Origin: a virus
Taxonomy: Duplodnaviria > Heunggongvirae > Uroviricota > Caudoviricetes
IMG/VR virus record: IMGVR_UViG_3300032007_000006
Coordinates: 57,360 to 121,359 of that record
Reading direction: 5' to 3' (one strand)
DNA: 64,000 nucleotides
Shown: one piece after another, positions 1 to 10,960 of the stretch
Layout: each line of letters begins with the position of its first letter
Position numbering within the stretch: the stretch's first letter is position 1
Translations under genes and position numbers: made by a program
The notes under the pieces: generated by a model
What the model was told of the DNA's origin: nothing
The model's database searches: none
The model's input: only the letters and a program-made list of their open reading frames with translations

Positions 1-2
1 CA

Positions 3-269
3 GGCGGAAACGTTACTCTGAACTTCATTGCGGCGCCGCAATATATATACAAAGAAATGATGATCTATCTTGAAGCCAGACGCGATACAACTTTGTCCCT
101 GTCTGGAGCTGGAGAATGGGAAAATGATCTTCTGCAGCCAGAATGGGGAATGGAAGGATCTCATATGGCTTTGAAGGCCATCTTTATTGGTTCTAGAGTG
201 ATTGTGCAGATTATAGACAACGACCAGCTGGCAGACAACCTTGCCCTGCTGGACGAAATTCAACCATAA
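3..269 (+). CDS. 3' end of a structural/fibre-associated protein (5' end outside the window); paralog of the C-terminus of 25923..26912
   Basis: Frame is open from base 3. PEWGMEGSHMALKAIFIGSRVIVQIIDNDQ aligns with PHYGQLGYGLLFKCIWIGGKVILEVLDNSQ. Confidence 0.7.
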   Translation, partial: GGNVTLNFIAAPQYIYKEMMIYLEARRDTTLSLSGAGEWENDLLQPEWGMEGSHMALKAIFIGSRVIVQIIDNDQLADNLALLDEIQP

Positions 270-296
270 TCATAAAAGCAAGGGAGAATATAGAAA

Positions 297-1415
297 ATGC
301 CAGCAATATTGACTTCAAATGCATCGGTTATTGCCGCTGAAAACTTTGTAACTTCAATTCATGAAAATGATGCCAATCTCTATCTCGGCGTGGGTCGTGG
401 ATATGATGATCAGCAGATGAGCCCAGTTGGAACGAATAATCCAGTAGACGGAAAATATGATGACTACAACAGATGGACGGATGAATACACTCCGCCTACG
501 CCGAGGGATACGCTGAATGACGTCAGCAATTTTTTGGCCAATCTTATCGGTATAAAGAAAATCTCACCATCAAACATTATGCTTATAGTTCCCCGCAATG
601 ACTGGGCGCCAGGCAAGGTATACTATCCTGTAAACCCGGCTGCCGTTGCAGGTAAACGGGCGCAGAACTACTACTGCCTCACTTCAGATGAACGCGGAAA
701 CAACAATGTCTGGGTCTGCGTTGGCAAAAGCGATTCAGCCGCTGGATCTACTGTTGAGCCTTCTCTTGCGTATAGGGAAACAATGCACGATGAAGATCAT
801 CCAGTTGGATACCACTATATTGCAAACAATGTAGTGAAAACTGGCGATGGATATGAATGGCTGTTCCTCTACAACATCACCACGACCATGATCAATGCAG
901 GCCTTCTGCTTGAAAACTGGATGCCAGTTCCATACAATCACCATGGCGTATCTGGTGGTTCAATCACTGAAACCCAGGATTTATATGGCGACATGAACGC
1001 CAATAGAACTCTTGGAGCCTACAGAGTGCTTGTAACGTGCAATCTTGGCGATGAAGGAGATGCAATTCCATACAGCAGCATATATCGTCAAATTGGTCTG
1101 CTTGTCGATCCTCGTTCAAGCACCACTATATATAGGCATCCAAATGTTGGTGGCGATGAAAATGGTTCAAACTATCATGATCAGGGAGAAGATACCAATT
1201 CGGCCGCTGATGATGCCAATACCCATTCTGAATATCAGATGATGGGTGCAAGACTTACTGGTGAAAGATATCCCGCAGAGCAGGTTGACACTCGTTCCGG
1301 CACGACAGAAGATTCCATTGCAAATCCTGTGCAGTGCATCTTCCTCGAAAACAAGAAGGCTGTAATGAGAGAAGAAAGTCAATCTGAAAAACTTGTAATG
1401 ATACTGGTGTTCTAA
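297..1415 (+). CDS. gp8: T4-like baseplate wedge subunit gp8
   Basis: MPAILT..AAENF, LYLGVGR, PPTPxD, VPRxDW, VWVC, TGDGYEWLFLY, YRQIGLLVDP and terminal EKLVMILVF are typical of T4-like gp8. SD GGGAG upstream. Confidence 0.8.
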   Translation: MPAILTSNASVIAAENFVTSIHENDANLYLGVGRGYDDQQMSPVGTNNPVDGKYDDYNRWTDEYTPPTPRDTLNDVSNFLANLIGIKKISPSNIMLIVPRNDWAPGKVYYPVNPAAVAGKRAQNYYCLTSDERGNNNVWVCVGKSDSAAGSTVEPSLAYRETMHDEDHPVGYHYIANNVVKTGDGYEWLFLYNITTTMINAGLLLENWMPVPYNHHGVSGGSITETQDLYGDMNANRTLGAYRVLVTCNLGDEGDAIPYSSIYRQIGLLVDPRSSTTIYRHPNVGGDENGSNYHDQGEDTNSAADDANTHSEYQMMGARLTGERYPAEQVDTRSGTTEDSIANPVQCIFLENKKAVMREESQSEKLVMILVF

Positions 1416-1416
1416 C

Positions 1417-1593
1417 ATGACTGTACGCGAATTAATTGGAATGCTTGAAGACGTTGAAGAAGCAAACGCAGAGATTTTAATTGAAACCCAGGACAATATT
1501 GTTACTGAAGTGAGTCTTATTGAAGATGAAGTCTCTGATGATGAAGGAAATACCCAGTGTCTCTATAAACTGGTAGCGGAAGAGTATCTGTAG
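1417..1593 (+). CDS. small acidic hypothetical protein (58 aa, MTVRELIGMLE...)
   Basis: ATG lies 1 nt after the gp8 stop. The MTVxELI start is common in phage proteins. A terminator follows. Confidence 0.65.
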   Translation: MTVRELIGMLEDVEEANAEILIETQDNIVTEVSLIEDEVSDDEGNTQCLYKLVAEEYL

Positions 1594-1617
1594 AACATTC
1601 TGCTAAATTTTTGAATT

Positions 1618-1642
1618 AAAGGCGGCTTTGGCCGCCTTTTTT
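1618..1642 (+). terminator. intrinsic terminator
   Basis: AAAGGCGGC-TTTG-GCCGCCTTTTTT. Confidence 0.8.
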
Positions 1643-1727
1643 CGCTGTTAAATTAGTTTGTCGGTCTAGTGCCTATGAAAGACTGAACAATCATATGTGG
1701 CCAATAGATGGCCTATGGAGGACAGTT

Positions 1728-2114
1728 ATGGATGATCTTATGCTTTACATTGTTAGAGGAATTCCTGGTTCTGGAAAATCTCAAATTGCCGAGATTCTTG
1801 CTCCAGAACACCATTATGAAGCGAATGACTACTTCTACAACGCAAAGACTGGCGAGTTTAAGTACAACCCATACGAACTGGACAAAGCCCATAAGAAATG
1901 CTTCAAAAACGTAGAAAACGCCATGATGAAAGGCGTTCCGAAAATTGCAGTGGCCAATACGTTTGTCAAAAAATGGGAATATGAACCTTATGTTGAATGC
2001 GCCACCAAACTAGGCTACACAGTATTCATCATTATCTGCAAGGGTTCTTTTATTTCTCCACACGACATTCCAGATACGAAGATTCGCAACATGATGCAGA
2101 ATTTTGAATACTAA
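1728..2114 (+). CDS. small P-loop kinase/ATPase (AAA_33 / N4BP2-like)
   Basis: RGIPGSGKS Walker A, EANDYF, AHKKC, VANTF, HDIP motifs. GGAGG SD before ATG 1728. Confidence 0.8.
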   Translation: MDDLMLYIVRGIPGSGKSQIAEILAPEHHYEANDYFYNAKTGEFKYNPYELDKAHKKCFKNVENAMMKGVPKIAVANTFVKKWEYEPYVECATKLGYTVFIIICKGSFISPHDIPDTKIRNMMQNFEY

Positions 2115-2121
2115 AGAAGGA

Positions 2122-2535
2122 CTAGTTCTTTTTTCCCTTAAAATTTTCAAGTTTCCTGGCAAGTTCATCGGACCAGGGAATTTTATCGAGATCCGCTTCT
2201 GGAATTGGTTGATCGTAGTAAAGTCCAAGCCATTCCAGAAGCGTTTTTGCATTTGAATAGCTGCTCGAAGAAACTAGTGCTGTAATAATTCTTGTCGCTG
2301 TCTCTTTTGAAAAGCTTCCATTGATTCCATTTCCAAATGCAACGGCCTTTCTTAGCGATTTTTCATTGAAAGTGCCTGCTGATATGCAGTTTACCAGACC
2401 GTCTAAACATTTTATGGATTTGAAATATGCATTCCATGTTTTTTCTGGATTAAGAAATTGCGTTATTGCATAGTATCTATAGGTTTTCTCTGTTAGGGGA
2501 GAAGACCACATTTTTCTGCCCTGTTCGCTGTCCAT
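2122..2535 (-). CDS. hypothetical protein
   Basis: 137-aa ORF preceded by a late-type TAAATA box (2554-2560). Confidence 0.6.
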   Translation of the reverse strand: MDSEQGRKMWSSPLTEKTYRYYAITQFLNPEKTWNAYFKSIKCLDGLVNCISAGTFNEKSLRKAVAFGNGINGSFSKETATRIITALVSSSSYSNAKTLLEWLGLYYDQPIPEADLDKIPWSDELARKLENFKGKKN

Positions 2536-2558
2536 GCAATCTACAATTCCTAATATTT

Positions 2559-2583
2559 AAAAAGGCGGCTCATATGAGCCGCC
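2559..2583 (-). terminator. intrinsic terminator after the giant structural gene
   Basis: GGCGGCTC-ATAT-GAGCCGCC with a T-run on the minus strand. Confidence 0.7.
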
Positions 2584-2594
2584 CTTGCATTCTT

Positions 2595-5500
2595 CTAGTA
2601 GACCGCTACGGCCCTTAGATTTCTAAATCTTGGAATATCTCTTGAGTTTAGTGTCAACATCTGGAATCTTAGAATATAGGAATCAAATTCATTCAATTCC
2701 AGAGCTGGAGCTAGACTGTATGTGTATTCCATGAAGTTTGTTTCTCTTTCTGTAGTCTGAGTATAGTCGTTGACGTCCAGCTGCATCCATTGGGAATCTT
2801 CAACAGCATCATCTTGAAGACTTGATACAATCAAGACGCATGGAATCCTCTGCCAGTATACAGCATCGCTTGATGGAGCAAGACCGGCATCTACGTTGTC
2901 GTAGGCGCACATCCAAATAGATCCATTAAACAGACAGACTTCTCCCTTGAGATAGGTCCTGTCATTTTCATATTCGCGGCATGAAATGCCATCATAGTTC
3001 GGACGATCTGCATTTGGATCACTTGAAACAACGCTTCTTGGAATATTGTTTGGCGTGAATGGACCTATCATTGGAATGGCCACTACGCCATATATCTGAC
3101 AGCTAGTAGTATGATCTGTTGAATTGTACTGCACTACAGCCCTTCTGCTTCCTCCATTCTCTGAAAGGTCAGACTTTATCGAATAGGAAGTTGGAGAAGG
3201 AAGAATGTCAAGATTCACTGGATCCTTTACTACAAGCTTGACGGCTTTTGTGTCGACCTTATTTTCGGAATCTGATTGAATTGAGTCGGCAAGAATCTCA
3301 TCGGTTTTCTTTGAAGCGCCTTTGAATATGGCAGAGGAATGACTGTATGTGGAAGCATAGTTGTTTCCATACAGTTCCTGATTTGGAAGGATGAATTTCA
3401 TTTCGCTGTTGCCAGCATCCATGACATAGTACCAGAAGTAGACGCGCTGATTGCATATTTCCTTCCAGGAAGATTCCTGATAGCCAGGAAGAAGAAGGGA
3501 TTCAATTGTATCAATGCCTGCATTCTCGTTTGGAATGTCATTGTAGAGAACATAGTCATTTTCTGCAAGAGATGGAGTCCAGAGAGCCTTGGACTTCTTG
3601 GACGCTCCTGCTCCAGTCGTCTTGATATAGGCCCTAATTAGAGAATGATTTGGAAGCATTGCATCAATTGCAACGTTGATTCCAAGGGCTGGATTCTTCA
3701 ATGCAATAGTCTTGCTGACGTATGTACCAGCATCATAGTATTTCAGACCATTGATTATTTCAATTGGCTCCTTTCCTGAACCACCACTGCCATCGCTTCC
3801 AGAAGCTCCACCAATAACGTTTCTCGTAAACACTCCATGGAAGTCTTCAAGATCAATTTGAGGAGCAATGTTTCTGTCTGTAGTCATCAACGTGGCCCTA
3901 ATCTTGAAGGAACTGTTCTTGTTGGATTCTACCTTTGTTCCATTCGCTTCATCGCTTTTAGTCTCCATGACGTTGTTGATGGATATTCCATCAATATTGT
4001 CAAAGAATATGCTCTGCTTGTTGGTCATTGGCTTTGAATCTGAGATTGATGAATCCGTATACCAGCAAAAGTCTATTGAAGTGCCAGTTGGAATATAGGT
4101 TCCAGCAGAAATTGTAACCGAATTGGCAAGAAATTCGTCAGAACCTTCGCCAGACTGAGCAGTTCCTGGAAGACTTGATGGAATGCCAGTGTTGATTGAA
4201 ACCATATCATCAACGGAAAAGTCTGCTATGCATGGAATTCCAGTGTCATACTGATACTTGTACATTCTGAATGTTATGTCGGAAAGCTGCTCCTGCGTCC
4301 ATGTTCTCAAGTTCTGCGACTTGAACATGGATCCAACATAAGGCTGTTCCTTGACGCCAATTCCAGTAACAATGTCGGCTTCTCCCAGAGTTGACGTATA
4401 GATTTCATAGTTGTATGATGGAGCATATACAATGAAGGCATATTCAGTCAATCCCTTGAGATGAAGAGGAGCAGAGAATGTAAAGGTTGTCGGCTTTGGA
4501 TTTCCCTTTGCAAATTCTTCCTTGGTAACTACAGAAACCTTGTTCGCTGGAACGAATACCTGCGAAAATGGAACCATGGTCTGACCAGGGAATCCATTTT
4601 CACATTCAACAATGAATATTTCAACGCCAACCGTTGGATCCTTTGTTGCAAAGTAGACTTGAATGGACTCAAGAGTAATTCCATTCGGCTCTTCTACATA
4701 GAAGCTTTCTGCTATTGGGTCGCCGTTGTGACGTATTAGCGTAGATTCGGAAACTGTTTCAGTCTTTATCTTCTTTCCAAGCGAAGTGGAACTTTCTCCC
4801 ATGGTTTCGCTTGTCTGAGCAGTCCATGTACGAATGTACTTTCTGTCTACATCAACCCATACAGTCTTTCCGTTTGCTGTGTAGTCGGCAGAAGCCGTGG
4901 ACGTCTGTTCGTCATCATAAAATTCCACAAGTTTCGTGCCAACAGGCATGTTCTCTGGAACAACAAAGTATCCGACATACGTTCCATCATCATTGATGGT
5001 AATTGTGTCAGTATATCTTCTGTCATTTTCGTTTGGCTTTTCAAATTCAGAAACAGTAAGAAGCTTTAATGGAACTTTGTCCATTTTTGCTCTCATTATC
5101 TGATTTGGACGCATTCCTTCAAGATTGAAGCGGACGCATCTGACGCGCATGAACTGATCCTGCCTTTCCATTGAAGTTTCAGTATCTACGGCCTGCCAGT
5201 CTCCAATGTAGGTAGTCTTTTCAGTAACAGTAGTGCTTGTAATGGTTTGATATGTTGTAATGTCGGAAATGGTAGTTGCTGGTTCCCACCAGCCTGCTCT
5301 TCCATCAACCACTGTATGCGTTAATCTTTGATCCGCTGGAACATTTCCCCAATATGTTCCATATGTGGCATCAATCTGCGCTACAGTCATTCCTGATGGA
5401 ATTGTTCTTCTTTCTGTCTTCTGCTGGGTTGTTCCATATGTTGTTACGTCCCAGGAACGGAAAGTGTCTGGTGGACGATTTGCGTTTTCGTCTCCCTTTT

Positions 5501-8500
5501 CATGTTCCGTGACAATTTTGCCAAGATCATTTACCCAGGTGTCAATTGCTGGAGTGAGAACAAGATTGCCATTCCACACGACAAACATCATGGCCTGAAG
5601 GTTTGTTGCAGATGTGGCCATGTCATTTTTTGCATACAGCCAGCTGTATTCTGATGGACATCCTTCAGCTTCCCAGTTTGGATTTCTTGCAGGAGCAATA
5701 GTGAGAATGTTTCCACCACTCATTGCATTGCTGCCAGCATCCTTCTGCGTTTGACCATAGACGGCGCAGAGACTTTCTTGGGTACCGCCAATGGTTTCCA
5801 GACTTTGCAGCCTGTATCCTTGACCATCATTAATATAATGACCAGTTAATGAAAATCCCCAGTCCTTCGCTTCAAAGTCGGCCCTTACGCACTGTTCAAC
5901 GGCATCAATAGTGGCCTTCCAGTTTTCATCTCTGAAGTCTGAACCTCCAAATCCATTGAACGTGTCCGTAAAGATGCCGCATTTGTATCGGCTTAATCCA
6001 TCTTCATCCGTAATCTGCATGTTTGCCGCAGACTGTTCGCTCATGGAAAGGGAAACAATCTCTTCAAGACTTGAAAGTCTTTGCGCCAGATTGTTGATGT
6101 CAACCATGGTATGACGATTGTTGTTTATGTACTGAAGAACAACCTCATTTAGCGTTTTGCCATACGGCTGATTGACAATGTTGTATATGACCATTGTTCC
6201 ATCCTTTTCCGATGGTGGAAGAGGATTGTCGGATGAAATTCCCTGAGTTATCTCAAATTTTCCATTCTTGTCTATCCATACGCTGTCAATGCGTGGAAGA
6301 TAGGTTGCAATGTCATACTGCACTCTGGAAGCAGGCATTGGAACAATTGAAATCCAGCTTCTGTCCTGTCCTTCCATTGTTGAAGCGTCGTAGTCTGGTC
6401 TAAAGTCTATGCAGTTTGTAAGATTGTACCAGGCTCCAGAAGCGGATCTGTATTTTGGAATGTATCTGTAGGCTTCATTGTCTTCTACAGATGTAGCCAT
6501 TCCAATTGCGTCAACTCCATACACTTCTGCTAGACGCTGCCTAAAGGTGTCTGCGTTGTCTACAGATGAAAATGCGGCAGATGTTCCAATGTTGTATGAA
6601 CCAGCATAGTAGAAGCTTCCATCTGACCCAGAATGCTTCCAGTAGGCATAGGTGATTTTGATGTGTGAAGAAACTTCTTCTCCATCGCCATTATTCTGTA
6701 CGTTAAGCCACTTTCCAAGTCCATTGATTGATGCGGACTCATACCGGCAGTCTGTGCATCCATCAAAAACTTTAATGGTCGAGGACATGCCATTAGCCAC
6801 GTCCCAATATAGCTCTTCATGCGTGGCCGTACTTGTTTCATCATTGCTTTCATCAAGATTGTTGATTTTTTCTATGGAGAGAATTGCAACCAGATCCGTA
6901 ACAAATGTGCCAGTAACAACGGCCCTGTTTTCGGTTGAACTGACATAGCCGTCGCGAATTGCAATGATATCGCTTCCCTTGTCTGGATCATTGGCGGCGG
7001 CCGCCAGAGCCGCAAGTTCATTGGAAGAAACTCTCATTGAACCAATGGTCAATTCCTTCCTTTTGAACGTTCTCTGCGTTGAACTGTCATTTGATGCCGC
7101 CTTTGATGCAACAACTTCGCCATCTCCCTGATATGAAATGGCGTATCTGTGGCCTTCTGTCAATATTCCATCGGCAATGGCATTAATGTTGAAGCTTGTG
7201 TCAACAGATCTGTCATCTACAACAACTTTAGATGCTGGAATAATTTCTCCAGTGCTTTCATCTACCAGAAAATTGACGGCACGTGACGTTGCTGGAGAAC
7301 CAATGGCCGTTGGAGCCGCAAATGGAATGTAGACATGTCCTGTATCATTTCCAGAAGCCGCTGTTCTTACGGCAATGCTGTTTTCCGATGAAATGAAGGC
7401 ATTGCATATGAATGAAGCCTTGGTGTTGTTGTCTGGAGCAACATACGGCCAGTCAAGTTCAAAAATGAGAGGCGCTTCAACGTTCTTCCAGACTGTAAGG
7501 TTGCCATTTTCCGAATCAAGCTTGAGATCAACGTATCCAGACATGACTCCAGCACTGTCGAAGCTCACTATGCTTGAAACGTCCGATATGTTGGCCACGT
7601 CTTCAACATTCAGAACTGATATTTTAAGATTATGCCATCCATCGGAAGATATGTCAACAATTGAGCATGTTCCAAGAATTTCATTGGCCTGTGTCAAGGA
7701 ATCTAGAGTTATCTTGGCGCTGTCCGAAAGCGTTGCTGGATTGGCCACTGAAAACACTGAAACGTCCTGAGGATTGTATGTCGTCAGCATTTCGCTTATC
7801 TGTCTGTCGACAAGATAGGCTTTCTGAGCGGCAAGAACGTTTTCTATGTGCCACGAATGGACGTTTCTTGTTGGACTGGAATTTTTGTCATTCAACGTGT
7901 ATATGTCATCGCTAAAGACATGCATTGAATCTTCAGTGAATTTGGAATTTCCAGTCCGCATTTGCGTTTCTCTGGCTTTCTTGTTTGTAATGGCCTGTGA
8001 AACGCATGTAGAAACTCTATAGCCATTGACGTATCCAAGACCAGGACCAACAGAAACTGTGTATTCGCTTGGAACGGAAACCTTGACTCCATCCTTGTTT
8101 GTTCTTGTGCTTTCCGAAATCTGGATTCTCCATGGACGAACAGTATAGTTTCCAGATTCTTCATATGTTCTTCTGGCCAGTTCATCCATTAAGGCTGCAT
8201 TGGTACCAATATTGCTCTGTTCCTTGACAACAATGTTGTTCTTCATTACAATGCCGCCAGTGAACTTGATGCCCTTTGTGGAACCATTTCCAGAAACAAC
8301 GTCAGATGTTGATTCAACCTGCAGAATGCTGTCGCCATTCTTGATCATTTCGGCAATTTCATCAGAAGAAAAGCATTTCAGCTTTGCAAGAATTGAATAT
8401 CGGTCTGCACCTGGTGCCTTATGGTTGTATGTGCCTCCCGCAGGATCAGTCAATGTTTCATCATCATAAGAATCAACTATTTTTCGATCAATCCAGAAGC

Positions 8501-9356
8501 CGATATTGTATTCTATGTCATCATCTTTAATTTCCTTGACATGCAGTGTGGAAAGAATGCTTCCAGGAGTTCCTTCCAGATACATTGGATTGACCATAAT
8601 GTATGACAATGGACAATTGACAAAGTATCCATCAACAAAAACGGTTCCCTGCGTACATCCGGCGCATGTACATGTCTTGTATACTTCGCTGACAGAAGTC
8701 GGACTGTCATTTAGTAGAACCTGCACGGTCAATACAGATTCAACTTCCTTCACTGGATTGCTGAACGTCAAACCAACGCCGCGGTTTGGAAGAACTTCAA
8801 TTGTTCCATCTTCAAGACGCCTGGCAAATGAACCACCAAGAATATTGTAGAATACGACAACTTTCGTAGTAGTAAGTCCTCTTGCCGCTTCAGTTCCAGA
8901 AACAAGAGACAGTCCACCATCTGCATCATACAAGGTAGTCCAGCCAACAATCTGAAACTTTATCTTTCCATCTTCTCCCAGACCGGTAGCATACAGTCCT
9001 CTGGAAGAATCGGAGACTTCATCATTGGTTGAAACTTTATTGTTGGACATGAATCCAGCCATGGCGTCTTCAAGACTCATGCCAGCTGGATATGACACCG
9101 TTCCGATGAAATACTTCTGCTTGGTTGTTGTAGAGATTATGCCTCCCTGAACAACCGTTCCATCCTTGAACAGATATCCACCAAGAGAGGCTATCTGATT
9201 CTGAGAATATGTCTGCATCTGCGTTAGTTCTCTGGCCTGAACGGCCCTGCTGGGCTTCCAGAGGACTTTCACATAGCCCTTGTCATAGTGTCTTGAACCT
9301 ACATAGTCGTCGTAGTATGGAGCCGCCTCTCCAATATGTCTATATGTTGAAGGCAT
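2595..9356 (-). CDS. giant virion structural protein (DUF4815 / VrlC-like, T4-like phages)
   Basis: PYYDDY..KVLWKPSRAVQARELTQMQ, APGADRY, LARRTYEESGNY, YLPRID, DPIAESF, GSMFKSQN and terminal PRFRNLRAVA. Late box 21 nt upstream of ATG 9356. Confidence 0.85.
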   Translation of the reverse strand: MPSTYRHIGEAAPYYDDYVGSRHYDKGYVKVLWKPSRAVQARELTQMQTYSQNQIASLGGYLFKDGTVVQGGIISTTTKQKYFIGTVSYPAGMSLEDAMAGFMSNNKVSTNDEVSDSSRGLYATGLGEDGKIKFQIVGWTTLYDADGGLSLVSGTEAARGLTTTKVVVFYNILGGSFARRLEDGTIEVLPNRGVGLTFSNPVKEVESVLTVQVLLNDSPTSVSEVYKTCTCAGCTQGTVFVDGYFVNCPLSYIMVNPMYLEGTPGSILSTLHVKEIKDDDIEYNIGFWIDRKIVDSYDDETLTDPAGGTYNHKAPGADRYSILAKLKCFSSDEIAEMIKNGDSILQVESTSDVVSGNGSTKGIKFTGGIVMKNNIVVKEQSNIGTNAALMDELARRTYEESGNYTVRPWRIQISESTRTNKDGVKVSVPSEYTVSVGPGLGYVNGYRVSTCVSQAITNKKARETQMRTGNSKFTEDSMHVFSDDIYTLNDKNSSPTRNVHSWHIENVLAAQKAYLVDRQISEMLTTYNPQDVSVFSVANPATLSDSAKITLDSLTQANEILGTCSIVDISSDGWHNLKISVLNVEDVANISDVSSIVSFDSAGVMSGYVDLKLDSENGNLTVWKNVEAPLIFELDWPYVAPDNNTKASFICNAFISSENSIAVRTAASGNDTGHVYIPFAAPTAIGSPATSRAVNFLVDESTGEIIPASKVVVDDRSVDTSFNINAIADGILTEGHRYAISYQGDGEVVASKAASNDSSTQRTFKRKELTIGSMRVSSNELAALAAAANDPDKGSDIIAIRDGYVSSTENRAVVTGTFVTDLVAILSIEKINNLDESNDETSTATHEELYWDVANGMSSTIKVFDGCTDCRYESASINGLGKWLNVQNNGDGEEVSSHIKITYAYWKHSGSDGSFYYAGSYNIGTSAAFSSVDNADTFRQRLAEVYGVDAIGMATSVEDNEAYRYIPKYRSASGAWYNLTNCIDFRPDYDASTMEGQDRSWISIVPMPASRVQYDIATYLPRIDSVWIDKNGKFEITQGISSDNPLPPSEKDGTMVIYNIVNQPYGKTLNEVVLQYINNNRHTMVDINNLAQRLSSLEEIVSLSMSEQSAANMQITDEDGLSRYKCGIFTDTFNGFGGSDFRDENWKATIDAVEQCVRADFEAKDWGFSLTGHYINDGQGYRLQSLETIGGTQESLCAVYGQTQKDAGSNAMSGGNILTIAPARNPNWEAEGCPSEYSWLYAKNDMATSATNLQAMMFVVWNGNLVLTPAIDTWVNDLGKIVTEHEKGDENANRPPDTFRSWDVTTYGTTQQKTERRTIPSGMTVAQIDATYGTYWGNVPADQRLTHTVVDGRAGWWEPATTISDITTYQTITSTTVTEKTTYIGDWQAVDTETSMERQDQFMRVRCVRFNLEGMRPNQIMRAKMDKVPLKLLTVSEFEKPNENDRRYTDTITINDDGTYVGYFVVPENMPVGTKLVEFYDDEQTSTASADYTANGKTVWVDVDRKYIRTWTAQTSETMGESSTSLGKKIKTETVSESTLIRHNGDPIAESFYVEEPNGITLESIQVYFATKDPTVGVEIFIVECENGFPGQTMVPFSQVFVPANKVSVVTKEEFAKGNPKPTTFTFSAPLHLKGLTEYAFIVYAPSYNYEIYTSTLGEADIVTGIGVKEQPYVGSMFKSQNLRTWTQEQLSDITFRMYKYQYDTGIPCIADFSVDDMVSINTGIPSSLPGTAQSGEGSDEFLANSVTISAGTYIPTGTSIDFCWYTDSSISDSKPMTNKQSIFFDNIDGISINNVMETKSDEANGTKVESNKNSSFKIRATLMTTDRNIAPQIDLEDFHGVFTRNVIGGASGSDGSGGSGKEPIEIINGLKYYDAGTYVSKTIALKNPALGINVAIDAMLPNHSLIRAYIKTTGAGASKKSKALWTPSLAENDYVLYNDIPNENAGIDTIESLLLPGYQESSWKEICNQRVYFWYYVMDAGNSEMKFILPNQELYGNNYASTYSHSSAIFKGASKKTDEILADSIQSDSENKVDTKAVKLVVKDPVNLDILPSPTSYSIKSDLSENGGSRRAVVQYNSTDHTTSCQIYGVVAIPMIGPFTPNNIPRSVVSSDPNADRPNYDGISCREYENDRTYLKGEVCLFNGSIWMCAYDNVDAGLAPSSDAVYWQRIPCVLIVSSLQDDAVEDSQWMQLDVNDYTQTTERETNFMEYTYSLAPALELNEFDSYILRFQMLTLNSRDIPRFRNLRAVAVY

Positions 9357-9570
9357 CTTTCTCTGCAAATGATGCCATATTTACAAAAGATCTTAAAAGA
9401 CATTTCATTTTTCATTGCCTGTGTGATAAAAACAATCTTTTTCGTTTTCTATTGATGCAGCGAAAACCTCTCTAGAATACAGAACAGGCGCCTTCTGAAA
9501 CGCAGATTCGCAGAAATGTCTGCATTCGTCAGAAGGCGCCTGAATATCGTTCCTTCATAAACCCAATAGT

Positions 9571-10920
9571 CTATGTATGCTTTACTCCAAAACCAGACTT
9601 CACTGCGGACTTTAAAGATTCAAGGTCTACGACCCATTCGTTTTCTGGAGTGGTGTCCTGCAGATACTTCAGTCTTTCTTCCAGCGCCTGAAGATCTTCT
9701 CTAGACTTTTCCATGGCCTTGATTGTGAAGGATCTTACAGGGCTGTTCATTGTCTTCTGTATCCTGTCTTCTGGCATTTTGTACTTGTCCTTCAAAATGG
9801 CGGCAAACTGATCATCATCTATGCGGAAGTTGAACTTCTTGGCTACAACGTCTTCACAGAATGCAATCCAGGCCTTCTTGTATGCTATGTTTTCCTTTAC
9901 GGTTTCAATCTCATTCTCTATTCTTCTAGAATAGAATGGAAGCCTGAACTGATAGAAGTCTTCAAGCATTTCTTCAATGCCATTTTCCTTTGGATATATC
10001 TTCAGTCTTCCAGAAGGAGACACTACAGTAAGATTCCAGTTGTCCTTGGACTCCAGCTTGAACTCCTTGACAATTTGTTCTTCTGTCCATTTGCTTCCAG
10101 CCTTGAGCCAAATGTCATAGATGAACTTGTCATCAACAGAGCCATTGTCGTATCTGGAGATTTTTCCCTTCTCCATCAGCTTCCGCAGATGCTGTTCATA
10201 TGAAGCCGAAGACCAGAATCCATGCGGAAGTTCTTCAACGCGGTAGTGTATCTCCGTTATCTTGCGGCATATGCCATGAAGAAGATAGTGGTCATCCTTT
10301 CGTTCAATGGAACCAGTGAAGCCATAGTATTTCGGCTGTACGGACTTCGGTTTTCTTCCTTTGCATCTTGCAATGCACCACTCAATGATGGACAGTGGAT
10401 CATGGGGAGGAATGCGTGAGGCATAGCCTGTTGCAAGTCCAGTAGAACCATTCACAAGACACATTGGAATGATGGGAAGATAGTGCAGTGGAGGAAGACA
10501 TTCTGGATCCGGATGCTCTGGAGCAAGTTCTTCATCCTTGAACAGCAGATTGAAGTTTGGATTGAGCATGCAGAATATGTATCTTGGCGCCGCAGGAGTG
10601 GAGTTTAGAACGTTGCCGAAACTGCCTTTTCCAAGAAACAGCTGCAGATTGTTTGAAAAGTAGGCGCCAAGACCAGTCAAGGCTCCACACGCGGACGCTT
10701 CGCCATGCTCATATCCAGCGGCCGCAACGCTTGAACCAACGGCCGCAACCTTGTCCCATGTCCTGGCGCACATCTTCTTTGCCTGATATATTAGAAAGCG
10801 GTGAACAGGCTTCAGTCCGTCGGCAAGAGAAACAATTCCACGCTCTTCACATGTTGCAATGGCCCTTTCCTTCCATGGACCATTCATAATTTCCGTGACA
10901 GTTATTGTCCTTTTTTCCAT
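9571..10920 (-). CDS. gp52: DNA topoisomerase II medium subunit (GyrA/ParC-like, T4 gp52)
   Basis: DGLKPVHR, YEHGEAS, GSFG, AAPRY (catalytic Tyr), PIIPMCLVNGSTGLATGY. Confidence 0.93.
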   Translation of the reverse strand: MEKRTITVTEIMNGPWKERAIATCEERGIVSLADGLKPVHRFLIYQAKKMCARTWDKVAAVGSSVAAAGYEHGEASACGALTGLGAYFSNNLQLFLGKGSFGNVLNSTPAAPRYIFCMLNPNFNLLFKDEELAPEHPDPECLPPLHYLPIIPMCLVNGSTGLATGYASRIPPHDPLSIIEWCIARCKGRKPKSVQPKYYGFTGSIERKDDHYLLHGICRKITEIHYRVEELPHGFWSSASYEQHLRKLMEKGKISRYDNGSVDDKFIYDIWLKAGSKWTEEQIVKEFKLESKDNWNLTVVSPSGRLKIYPKENGIEEMLEDFYQFRLPFYSRRIENEIETVKENIAYKKAWIAFCEDVVAKKFNFRIDDDQFAAILKDKYKMPEDRIQKTMNSPVRSFTIKAMEKSREDLQALEERLKYLQDTTPENEWVVDLESLKSAVKSGFGVKHT

Positions 10921-10960
10921 ATGCACACCTTCATATGCCGTTTTACTTCTTTGGCAAAGT

